From Pecten maximus (taxonomy: Eukaryota): a DNA stretch of 64,000 nt. Below are positions 17,956 to 31,200 of this stretch, in pieces. The stretch spans positions 15,252,001 through 15,316,000 of the forward strand of contig NC_047022.1 of NCBI RefSeq assembly GCF_902652985.1, written 5' to 3'. Positions within the stretch are counted from its first letter, which is position 1; each line of letters opens with the position of its first letter. The notes below the pieces were generated by a model, which saw nothing but the letters and a program-made list of their open reading frames with translations, did not search any database and was not told the origin of the DNA. The position numbers were made by a program, and so were the translations under genes.

Positions 17956-19009
17956 TACCTGTTTCCTATTGTTTCATTGACAATGGGACATTATATACTA
18001 CAAGTACTAAATGCATTGTAATCCATCCAAAAAATAATGACTTGTTTAATAAACATTATTATTAGATTAATGGTACAATTCTAACAGTGAAGTTTGTTTT
18101 AATAAATTCATCTCACGAAGTACATTAGTCAGATGATCCTTAATATGAATAAGTCATGTCTGCCCATTTAAACTACTTACAAAGCATGAACAATGTATCC
18201 ATAATTTCATTACAGAAAGAAAAAATAAATTTTGAGGCAAAATAAGATGTACCAGTGACTGAGGGTAACTTGATTATCCCGTTAACATTAAAATTCTAAC
18301 ATTGAAAATATTCGTGATAAAAAAGTTCTATATACATTAAAAGTATAAATAGCAGGATGCATGTTTGTGTACATATTCACATTGAATTCATATGATGGGC
18401 TATACACTGGTATTATTTATTTTATTTTTTTTATTTTTTTTTCTATATATTACACATTTCACAAGTTTAATCAGCTCACACAAGTGAACGAGTGCAATAT
18501 TAGTATACAAATGAAATAGCAATATTAAATGGGGGGAAAACAGCACTTTCTCTTGATATCGTATGCTATTGTTAAAACAAATTCAAGAATGTCAACTGCA
18601 AGGAATGAACATTATGAGGTTATACCTGGTAGCATGTATTCATCACATTTAAAATGTGTTATTCAACACAATACTGTTATTCATAACATTTATCCAGTGC
18701 TTGTTAAACATTAAGAAGTCACTGTCCGATGAGCAGCAATCCGAGGGTACAATGAGAGTACACCACTTTATAACAGATATCTGAAATCATCTGAATTCAG
18801 TCAAAAGCTACAAAAGTTCAAAACGTAACTGTCAAAGTATCAATGAACCAGGTTCACTGTACATACACTTTCGGTCTGTTCATCACACTTCTGACCAGTT
18901 CTGGATTACAAATCAACAGTCATTTCTCATTGTTCAGACCATTTTTGGGCTAAAAACATCCATGTATTGTCCTTCAACCATTCAGGGTAATCGACTGACT
19001 TCAATGTCT

Positions 19010-19212
19010 CTTCGTTCAGACAAGTTCTGGTTAACCAATGTCAATCTGTGTCTTGTCATTCAGACCAGTCCTCAGTTACCGACTCACAACCATGTCTTGC
19101 GATTCAGACCAGTCCTGAGTTACCGACTCACAGCCATGTCTTGCGATTCAGACCAGTCCTGAGTTACCGACTCACAGCCATGTCTTAAAGCAATTCAGAA
19201 GAGTTCTGGGTT
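19010..19212. repeat. 44-bp tandem repeat in the CDC45 3' UTR region
   Basis: Unit GATTCAGACCAGTCCTGAGTTACCGACTCACAGCCATGTCTTGC; ~3 good copies plus degenerate ones. Confidence 0.8.
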
Positions 19213-19274
19213 GCGCCATCATCCCACAGTTCAGTCTAGTTTCGTTACAATTAACCATTCCTTATTTCCGGAGG

Positions 19275-22200
19275 TCACTGAAGTAAACTGATCAGGGCAT
19301 CAAAGAACTTGCTCTTATCTTCTGTCTTCATTTCCACCACTGATCGAAATGGAAAAAGATCATTTAAAAGCTTGTTAAAATATGAAAATGAGGCTGTATC
19401 GCTCACCTGTTTTGTATCTCATGAAATGAAGACTGGAAGATCAAATACACTGTACATATAAAATAATGTCTTAGGTCATAGGGAATCGTGTTCTTTATTT
19501 TCTTAAACTGTTATATGCTTCATATTATAACCTTGGAGTTCAGGTATTTGGTAATAGGAACAGATCATTGGAAGATTTTCGCACATTTGACTCCTGTGAC
19601 CTTGAAAGTAAATCAATGACATCAATCTGAACGTACATGACAGCCCTTAATTACATTGAAGACTTTTTCTGGCATTTTTGCCAAATGCCAAGACTTCGAA
19701 GGTAGTGTTGTAGTGATGATTGGTAGGAATCGATTAACTAATCAGAAAGGCCTTCCAATTCTGATCATCGATGGTAAAATCAATAATAGATTAATCAGCA
19801 GGAGATTGCTCTCTTTTATATATCAGGAGAAAATGCCACAAATGTCACTGTCAGTGGTCATACATATCACTGACAATAGGACATGGTATTAGACGAGCTA
19901 TTATGTACTAACTGGTCTCAGTCTAAAATGAAAACCACCACTGACTGTGTGCTGACTGAAGGGTGATGTGATAAAACTAACCACATTTTAGTGTAGCTTG
20001 TCCTTAAAAATGAGACATTTGATTTAATAAATGCGATTTATAATCATGAATAGTCTAGCTTTGCCGAGTCTATATATTTTTCAAATCAAAAATACATGTA
20101 TTGGAATGTTAACAACCTTTTACTAATAACACAATAAACAATTACCTGAAAGTACTGTAAAACCGATGATGAAAACCTATTATTGAATCGGTTTAACTTG
20201 CCGATTCCAACAGATCATTGATTTTGATTTTTAGCCGATTATACAACACTATTCAAAGGCATGACAACCCAAGTCTTTTTCAAGAAGGAGTCTTTTCCAA
20301 GGAGGTTCTAAAATTCAAGGACTTTTCATATCTGTATGAACCATAGAATCAGCTTAAAGTTCCATAGACATGTACACCCAACTACACAATAATGATAGTT
20401 TATGGACAGCCACACTTTCACAATAATGTCTAGTAAGAATTTATATTCAATATTCATATTTCTGCAGGTTTTTGTCACCAGATTTCAGTTAAGATTTAAT
20501 TCACGTTCACATTTTTGCAGGTTTTGAATACTTACCAAATGTGTCAAAGCTGTCCAGTAAAGTACGAGCATTGGACCCCACAGCTGCTTGTTCAAATGCT
20601 TTTCCAAAAAAGCTACAAACCAAAAATCCAGTTATGAACACCAGATCTATAGCATGACTTCTAAATGTATTTTGTTAAAATGAAGGTTTTATTTTCAATT
20701 CCAGCACTTTTTGTTGTCTCACAGTTTATGGTCATTATCTTAAATGAAGATTTTGTCTCCCAAACAACCAATCAAATATTGAGTGGTGAGTCAATTTACT
20801 ACTCTCATCAACAGAATTGTTCAACCTGTCAATCTTATAAGAGTATGATACTTACTTTTTCCTCTCATCATCGAGCTGTAGGGGTGGGATACCAATCACA
20901 AGAGTTGTCCCCTGCTCACTGTCTAATGGTGCTCCTAGCACCAGCGGCATTGACCGAGCACGCTTGTTACGACTCTGGTAATACAAAGGATTTAAAATAT
21001 TATGAGACGAGACTTGGAGCTGCCTCTATAGTTCAGTCAAGTTGTATAGATCTAATCACTGGTAACACATACAGGGGATGGAGATACAACGTCCCGGAAG
21101 GTAAAGAATCATAGCAATAGAGTCTGCCGTGTATACAGTTGTATACACGAGGTTTCACCAAAAATCCAGGCTGTAACCAACGATCTCCAATAAATCAGAC
21201 CATTGAATAAATCTCCGTGTTGGGCTCACCATTACACAGATAATATAGTTAGAAAATGAACATTTATTTATTTCAATATTATTTATACAAATTACTTAAA
21301 CATTGAACTGCTTTCAGTTGTAAGTAATGGGCTGGTGAATGCCTACTGGACAAAGGCAAATTTAATGAAGCATGCTAGCGCTTCATGTTGATTTTGCCTT
21401 TGCCCAGTTGGCCTTCATCAGCCCATAACTTCTAAACTGCGAGCAGTTCTACGCTTATATTTACCATTTGACAACAATTTTTAAAGACTATATCCAGGAA
21501 TTTTGCTCCGACGATGAACGAACAACTTATCATCGTCAAAGATGTAACAGCTTTTTCAATAGCCATCTTTGGTTATCGCCGTCGTGACAATAATAATGAC
21601 GCGATAATAAAGGTTTAGAAATTATGGACTCATAACCTTCAACAGAGCTTGGTAAAGTTATAAAGTGAGGCTGCACTGTTAATGTAAATATATAGAAAAT
21701 AAATTTGCGAATTCAAATAAAGAAAGAATATTTTCAGTTTTTCAGCATATGTACTCCTTCAGAACCAATTCTTATTAATTTGATACACTGATCTTGAAGG
21801 AGACATTTTTTCAAGGGAGTCCAGCTATGAATGACATTGAGACCATAGAGAGATGCTTTTTATGGAGACAAAAATTATCATGTGAATCAACAATGATCTA
21901 AATTACATTTTTGATAGAGACATATGACACGGAGTCAGCTTTACTTACAACAGAGCAGTGTGCCTCCTGTGTAAATCTCGCTAGCCTCATCAGACACTGT
22001 GGGGTGGAGAAATACTTCACATCCGCCGTACCCTGCAGGAAAGTCACAACCAAACATTACCACATATAGTTTTATTACAATTTTTATACAAAATTTTATT
22101 GTTAACTTTTCCAGTTCTCTATATGAAGACATCAAAAACACATGTCAGAAAAAAGTTACCTATATTACTTACGATCGTAAGATTATTTCAATTCTATTCT

Positions 22201-25200
22201 ATCTAAGCGACAATTTTAATGGCGATATGTATTGAATATTCAGTTTGCATTTTCCATAATTTGAATGAATCCCTAGCCTGACAATTAAAATTCTTGTCTG
22301 AAAGTAACGATAAATATGTAATTATTATTCATATCTAAATCAATTCTGATGAAAGGTGGAGATGGCGTACCTCCTGTATGAAGGCGTAGAGGAACGGTCC
22401 AGCAGAGATCACCTGGTGCATGTCCAGGAACGTCCGCACCTGTGTGACCAGAGCCTGCACCTGCATCTTGGCACAAACCAATGACTTCTCCAGAGCTATC
22501 ACATTCCCCCTGAGAGGTAAAACACCAGTATCATAATGGAGTTAAGTCAACACATTCATTATAGCCAGCTAACACAATCTCAAACAAGATTCCATCTGAT
22601 AGAAAAAAGTCTTTAGACAGGCAAAGATATCCGACAGAATGGGAAGGATATTTTCTCTTTTATACCCTGGACACTCTAGGTTGAGACAAGCTACATGTGC
22701 TCTTTGCACCTTCTCAAGAATTTCATTTCATCATGTCAACAATACCATGACGTCATGGCAAAAATACAATGTCATGCCGACAATTCAATCAAGTCACCTC
22801 AACATTTCCTTGCCCATATTAGATACATTGTATATAAGAGAGTAAAGATGGGGCCTGTTCGTTTACGCGGACAAACCGGTTTGTCAGTTTTTAAATCTAA
22901 TATTTCAAACATATGTCTTGATGGACCTGCAAATGTTAATACAGGCCTTGTAAGTTTTTGTCAAGACTTGTCTGAAAACAATATAAAATCACCAGGTCAG
23001 TCTTTATTTCATAAACGAACAACACCGATCCAAGTGGTCTAACCATTTGGACAGTACAAATGAAAACAGCCCAAGAGAAAAATAATCATTCACCCCTTGG
23101 AAGTGAGACAGGGGAATCTCAACCCTCGGGGAAGGATAGATAAGCTGCCAAACACTTAGAAAGCCTCATGTTTGGCAACTTAAAAAAAGATCTTCAAAGG
23201 TTTGGAATTGGACCATGTTTCCTAAGTTGCCTCTACAGCTGAATTCTTTGTGGATGTTGGTCATTGATGCCATGGTTAATAATATTGTAAGTCTTAGATA
23301 CTGATACTGTTATTAGAAAGCTGTAGAAATTTGTCTTACCTCTGTAACACATCCAAAGCATTCAGGAAATGGTCAGTAGCACTCTTTCCCTTTTCCTGAA
23401 TAAAAATCAACAATAAATCATGTGTATATGTGCCATTATTAACTATTAAACCTTTTTTTTTTTAAATAAAATCACGGTACACAGAGCCTAAACTGAATTT
23501 CTAGTTATAGCAATAATGTCATTTACTGCTGACTATGAACCAATTCCATACATTTCAGGCAAGTACACATACAAGGATTGATGCTAATTAAGGAAATAAT
23601 TATTGGTATGCTCTTGAAAATTCCAGACTATGAACTTGCATCTATATTCAAATATTGATATATTAACACTTACAATGTCAATAAAGCAAGCATGTACTGT
23701 GGCAGAGTTGCCTCATTGCCCTTGATTTCACTTACTGGTTCACATGTAGCCCCGAGCCAGCTTTACTTACAATTGACTCCAGCGTGGCCACACATCCCAG
23801 TACGACATCTGTAGCACAGAGCTTGTTTTTGTACCCATACTGAGCAAAGAAGGAGGGAAACACAACGTCTTGAGGGACCAGTCTGTCAGACACAACAGAA
23901 ACATACAAAGCTATAAAGAAACACAACGTCTTGAGGAACCAGCCTGTCAGACACAACAGAAACATACAAAGCTATAGCAGTCTCATTTCAAAAGGAGTAT
24001 CAAGATTATTGTGGTGTTATTGTATGGAAATATTTAGGGCTATCCCAGTAAAACATCTATCCCACCCCAGGACTCCAGGTTTTGTTAAGGGGAACCACCC
24101 AAAGAACTTATTTAATATTTGGTTTATTTTTTATTTTAATTTTTTTAACTTCCTATTAACAGCCAGGGTCACTTAAGGACATGCCTGGTTTTGGAGGTGG
24201 AGGAAAGCCTGAAAACCCGCAGAAAAACCACCTGCCTACGGTCAGTACCAGGCAACTGCCCCATGTGGGTTTCAAAATCGCTACCCAGAGGTGGAGGGCT
24301 AGTGATAAAGTGTCGAGACACCTGAACCACTCGGCCACCGCGGCCCCGGCTCTTATTTAATAAATCACAAAGAGGTAATTGGAAGAAAATCCAACCATGG
24401 ATAGAATTGATTTATAGTGGAGTCCTGGGGTCAGGTAGATATTTCAATGGAATAGCCCTTATATAGATTAAAGATATGTGCTACCAAACACTTAAATACC
24501 TGTGAATTGTCTCTGTGATTCCTGTTTGAGTTAAGGCTGAATGCATTAATACTGGATGTGCATGAAAAATCTAAAAACAATTGTTTACATACTAGATTAA
24601 CAGATATAGATGCAGATATCCTTGTGTTCCATACTACAACATGTACGCCTTCAGCACCCAAGTGTTACTGTCCAGCTCATATCTATGTTAAATCATTGTG
24701 AGGTGCAGGATGATCATTAATTACCCATATTTGGTCATATGCTCCTGGATCAGAGTTTTCACATTATTTCTCATACTTGAGTCCATTGCAGCATACTTCT
24801 GTTTACACTGTGTAAGAGGAATCCTGAAATACATAGACCAACATTATTGTTAATGATGATGTGACTTCTCTGTAAAAATGTACACCACATTTACTGACCA
24901 GCTAATGAGATCTTAAATTGTTGAATTGTGACAAAAGAATTACCCCATTTCTGCCAGAAATTCATGCAATCGTTTCTGTCCTTTGAGCGTCCAGACTTTG
25001 AACTTGCATGCCATGTTGGTTGAGTGACTGATGCTCTCAAACAGCGACCAGTGTCGATACAATGGCAGCTGGAGCTCCTCATCAAACGAGATCTTCAGGC
25101 AGTTTACAGACAGGATGTTGTCCTCGTCGTCTCTGACAAAAGTGTATAAAGAATGAGCACTTCAGGAGAAGAAAATTGATTGATAGGCCGTTTTAAATTG

Positions 25201-28200
25201 AAAGCACGTTTCACAGAAACATGGATCAGTACATTTCCTCAAAATTGCCTCAAATATATATATATATTTGTATTTACAGAATTATCATATGCTAATAAGC
25301 AAAGTTCAGCTTAAAAGTTGATACAACAAGGAGCCGCAAAGCTTGGCATTATCCCCCCCGCCCCGCAGTTGGTATGAAAACCCAAATACATGTATATATC
25401 AAGCTCAAACTAAAAGTTACTAAGGAAACAGTAATTTGGTATTTTTGATTAAGTTTCCATGGTGACAGAAAAAATACCAAAAATGGAAGGTCCGCAATAG
25501 CAAAAGGCACAACTAAGGCACTAGTCTGATAAATACAGAAAGTTTCAAGGAGCTGCGTTGAACAGTTTTGGAGTTATAGCCCGGAAACAGTAATTTAGTA
25601 TTTTTTATTAAGTTTCCATGGTGACAGAAAAAATACCGAAAATGGAAGTGTCGCAATAGCAAAAGTCACAACTAGGACACTAGTCTGACATATACAAAAA
25701 GTTTCAAGGAACTGCATCGAACGGTTTTTGAGTTATAGCCCGGAAAGAAAAGAAAACAGTCATTTGGTATTTTTGACTCAGTTTCCATGGTGACAGAAAA
25801 AATACCGAAAATGGAATGTCCGCAATAGCAAAAGGCACAACTAGGGCACTAGTCTGAGATATACAGAAAGTTTCAAGGAGCTGCGTTGAACGGTTATGGA
25901 GTTATAGCCCGGAAAAGAATCTTGGACGGACACACGGACGGACGGAGCCCAATTTAATATCCCCCGCAAACGCGTTTCGCGGGGGATAAATACACTTAAT
26001 TAAAATACAAAGAAGAACAAATTAGAACCTGAGAATTTTAAGTAAATAAGCAAGTTTCTGCCAATAACCAATATGCAAATAAGTGCATTCCTCTGTATCC
26101 AATCAAATAAAATATGCATAAAGAATGAGCACTTCAGGAGGAGATACACAGTGAAATATAACAAACTTCATCTTGATGGCCAAAAACAAAAAATGTCCTT
26201 TTTGAATATATAATATATGCACTTTTTTCGTAATGTAAACATAGCACAAGTAAGTTTCATGTGAGCTTTAAATTGAAAGCATTATATAAATATTTCGGAG
26301 TTACACCTTGCTCTGATAAGTTGAGTCTAAGGTTTAGTCACCTGTGGTTATGTCGAGATACGTGGGACTGTAAAGCCATGACATCATCTATGTACTTGTC
26401 CCTTGGAGTCTTGTAATGGATGAACTGGTCAGTAACTCCCAGGATAGACAACCTTTAAGCAATTGTTTGAATCAGATTAAACATTGATTTATCATATTGC
26501 AGAGCTATGAAATGTGACCTTAATGAGGCCTTGCTTTTGTCTCTTTAATCAGTACCTTATGGCCAAATTTTTAAATACGGTATAGATTGAAGTGACCAAC
26601 TTAAAACCAATTTGTTGGAAGTATGGATGGATAACTACATTAAAAAATCTCTTTTTATACTATATTAAAGTGAGGTGATCAATTCATGATAAATAAGCTT
26701 GTTCCATGAGATACAACCCTGAATTTTTTATTTTTTTTTATTTTGGTCATATGCGAAAGATCTTAAGTCAAATTCTTTGATGCTGCATTGGTCAAAGACC
26801 AAGTCTTTGGTCAAAGATAAAGTTTAAACAAGATAATGTACAGAAGGACACAATGCAGAACTATAGACCCCTCTCCACTCCCCCTTTGGTTCCCCATGGG
26901 GGACTAATACTTGGTTCTGCATTCTCAGAGGGATGCGATACTTTAAGCATCATACAATTCTGTAATGTAATAGTTTATACTTAACTATGACCTAAATAAT
27001 GATGTAACCCGATTTTATAAATAGTCAAACAGAGTTAATTAACATTTCACATAAATTGTACTTCTACTTACCATAACAGGTCATTTGTATCCTTGGACAT
27101 TTTCCATGCCAGTTCGAAAATAAGCAAGGCTGCCTATAAAATATAAATGTATACATTATACATAAATTTGTTTTTCTTATTCTCAAATGAATATTTAACT
27201 TTATAACCACTATTATTACCAATTTAATAGCATTTTATTATTTCATTAAAGAAAATTCTACAGATTATCTAAAATGCTCATACATGTATCGACATATGTA
27301 TCTGATTTGATAGATGTTAAAAACATACAGGGAAACTGAATTCAAACATATAAATCCATACTTATCAAAGACAAATGGGGGTTTAGCAAGGGCAAACAGG
27401 GGTCTGTTACATTTTATTTGATCATGTTACAGTATCTAGATACTGTAACATGACATTACAATGCTATCTTAATCAAATGCAAGAGGCCCATGGGCCTTAA
27501 CGTCACCTGATATTTGAAATATTTCACTTAATCTAATTGAACCGTTTTGGCCTCACCCATCAGTCCAAGGGGTCAGTAAGGGCCAACATGTGCATATCAT
27601 TAAGCTGGCATCCCATGCTGATAATTTTAAGAAAGTTAGAATGAATTCCAATAGAAATCAAACAAATGATTGTCAAAAATGTGATTTCCCTATATAAACT
27701 ATCGCAAAGTTTACCCTCTCCCAAGGGGCAAAACGTGCGACCCCAGGGTCATGAAATTCACAATTTAAGTAAAGCACCATAAGACCCTTCCATCTATGAA
27801 AAGTATTTGATTCTACCATATATTAAGAGTACTAAGAAGATTTTTGAAACTTCAGCCAATTTGACCCTTTTTAGCCCGGCCCATCAGCCCCTGGGGGTCA
27901 GTAAGGGCCAACATGTGCATACCATCAAACTTTTATCCCATGCTGATAATGTTAACCAAGTTAGAATGAATTCCAATACAAATCCAACAAATGAAAGTCA
28001 AAAATGTGATTCCACTATATAAACTATAGTAAAGTTTACCTCCTACCCAGGGGCAAACGCGAGACACCAGGGTCATGAAATTCACAATTTTGGTAAAGCA
28101 CCATAAGACCCTTCTATCTATGAAAAGTATTTGATTCTATCTTATATGGGTATTGAGAAGAAGATTTCTGAAATTTCAGTCAATTTGACCCTTTTTAGCC

Positions 28201-31200
28201 CCACCTCTCAGGTCTGTGGGGGTTGGGACCATATAATTCACAATTTTGGTTGACCTTCAGCTATAGAAGCTTTCTGCTAAATTTCATTGAATTTGGTTAA
28301 GCAGTTTTGGAGAAGAAGTCGAAAATGTAAATTGTTTACAGACGGATGACGGACAACGACAGACAACGACAGACAAAAGGCGATTAGAATAGGTCTCTTG
28401 AGACTTTGTCTCAGGTGACATAAAAATTAATCATATTCAAAATATAAAATCATTTTACATCTTTGTAGCAATAAATATTTATAGGAGTGGATAAGTTTTG
28501 GAGTCTGACAAAAATATCAGTTTGCTCATTCATACCAGATTTCAGCTTAAAAGTTGATGCAAATACACTTAATTAAAATACAAAGAAGAACAAATTAGAA
28601 CCTGAGAATTTTAAATAAATAAGCAGGTTTCTGCAAATAACCAATATGCAAATAAGTGCATTCCTCTGTATCCAATCAAATAAAATATGCATAAAGAATG
28701 AGCACTTCAGGAGAAGATACACAGTGAAATATAACAAACTTCATCTTAAATGCCAAAAACAGAAAATGTCCTTTTTGAATATATAATATATGCACTTTTT
28801 TTCGTAATGTAAACATAGCACAAGTAAGTTTCATGTGAGCTTTTAATTGAAAGCATTATATAAATATTTTGGAGTTACACCTTGCTCTGATAAGTTGAGT
28901 CTAAGGTTTAGTCACCTGTGGTTATGTCGAGATACGTGGGACTGTAAAGCCATGACATCATCTATGTACTTGTCCCTTGGAGTCTTGTAATGGATGAACT
29001 GGTCAGTAACTCCCAGGATAGACAACCTTAAAGCATTTGTTTGAATCAGATTAAACATTGATTTATCATATTGCAGAGCTATGAAATGTAACCTTAATGA
29101 AGCCTTGCTTTATGTCTCTTTAATCAGTACCTTATGGCCAAATTTTTAAATACGGTATAGATTGAAGTGACCAACTTAAAACCAATTTGTTGGAATTATG
29201 GATGAATGAATACATCAAAAAAATTCTTTTAATACTATATTAAAGTGAGGTGATCAATTCATGATAAATAAGCTTGTTCCACGAGATACAACCCTGAATT
29301 TTTATTTTTTTTTATTTTGGTCATATGCGAAAGATCCTAAGTCAAATTCTTTGATGTTGCATTGGTCAACGATAAAGTTTAGACAAGATAATGTACAGAA
29401 GGACACTATGCAAAACTATAGACCCCTCTCCACTCCCCCTTTGGTTCCCCATGGGGGACTAATACTTGCTTCTGCATTCTCAGAGGGATGCGATACTTTA
29501 AGTATCACACAATTCTGTAATGTAATAGTTTATACTATGACCTAAATAATGATGTAACCCGATTTTATAAATAACCAGAGTTAATTAACATTTTACATCA
29601 ATTGTACTTCTACTTACCATAACAGGTCATTTGTATCCTTGGACATTTTCCATGCCAGTTCAAAAATAAGCAAGGCTGCCTATAAAATATAAATGTATAC
29701 ATTAAACATAAATTTGTTTTTCTTATTCTCGAATGAATATTTAACTTTATAACCACTATTATTACCAATTTAATAGCATTTTATTATTTTATTAAAGAAA
29801 ATTCTACAGATTATCTAAAATGCTCATCCATGTATCTACATATGTATATGATTTGATAGATTTTAAAAACATACAGGAAAACTGAATTCAAACATATTAA
29901 TCCATACTTATCAAAGACAAATGGGGGTTTAGCAAGGGCAAATAGGGGTCTGTTACATTTTATTTGATTAATTATATAAAATTACATTGTAATGTCATGT
30001 TACAGCATCTAGATACTGTAACATGACATTACAATGTTGTCTTAATCAAATGCAAGAGGCCCATGGGCCTTAACGGTCACCTGATATTTGAAATATTTCA
30101 CTTAATCTAATTTAACCGTTTTGGCCTCACCCATCAGTCCAAGGGGTCAGTCGGGGCCAACATGTGCATATCATTAAGCTGGCATCCCATGCTGATAATT
30201 TTAAGAAAGTTAGAATGAATTCCAATAGAAATCAAACAAATGATTGTCAAAAATGTGATTTCCCTATATAAACTATAGCAATAAACCCCGCAAACAAATA
30301 AATCTTTAAAAGTAATAGGTCTCAGTTCCACTATTTTAACTGGACATTAACTCCTACATACTGTAAACATGAAAATTAAAAACCCTTGTGGAAATAGCCA
30401 TGTTTACAGTAAAAACAGATACTGAAGTAAAGAGAGGTTATTCTGATATGTCTGAAAACTTAATATTGAAGAGAAACTAATATACAAGTTACATAATTTA
30501 ATACTTACTGCTGTTCCATATGTAGAAAATTGGGAATATTCAAATAACAACTTGGACCTGAAACCCAACAATAAATTACATTAAAAATTGAGAACAATGA
30601 AGTCCAAACATATAAATTTAACAGGAGTTGCCAGAAGACAACATATCTCGCCGGATCGTTGAAATTCAGAATTATATTTTAAAAGTAGTTCAAAGGTCAC
30701 GGTCAAGGTCAGCAGGTCCACAAATGTAGCATCAATGGAAAGGTCAGCTAAACATGGCTTTAACAATGGATATGTATGTTTCTACCACAATACGCTGTGT
30801 TATTCCACTCTCAAGCCATTGTATAAGTGTGCAGACTGTTGGATATATATATATTATATTCCACTAGTGGAATATAACCTTCGGTCTTTTGATTGGTCAA
30901 CAATTGGCACTTTGAAACGAGCTGCAATTGTTATTGATGTAATCAATAATCGAATGATGTCACATCACTGGGTCCCAGCTGTCATCTGTACACCTTATTT
31001 GCATACACGAAAATAAACTTGGCCACATTTCCCTTTGATTCAAGCTGATAAATTATTGTGATAGAAACAGGTCATACGACTCATGATTTTTGGATATGAA
31101 ATTTATTTCACACTCATAAGTTATTTTTTAAAAGTTACAAAAGACACTTGCTAAAGCTCGTGTCTTTTGTAACTTTTAAAAAATAACTTATGAGTGTGAA

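Larger units (their letters stand above)
25303..30280. repeat. Intragenic tandem segmental duplication containing CDC45 exons 8 and 9 (copy B ~25303-27700, copy A ~28541-30280)
   Basis: Near-identical ~1.7-kb units. Exon 9 is identical in both; exon 8 differs by one synonymous change (TTT/TTC). Introns differ by scattered substitutions, small indels and element content. Confidence 0.92.

Noticed and set aside
20665-21114. 149-aa plus-strand ORF
   Set aside because: Antisense shadow of CDC45 exon 16 and its flanking introns.
23736-23770. Extended CDC45 exon 12 via the second GTAAGT donor as a coding isoform
   Set aside because: It adds 35 nt and shifts the frame.
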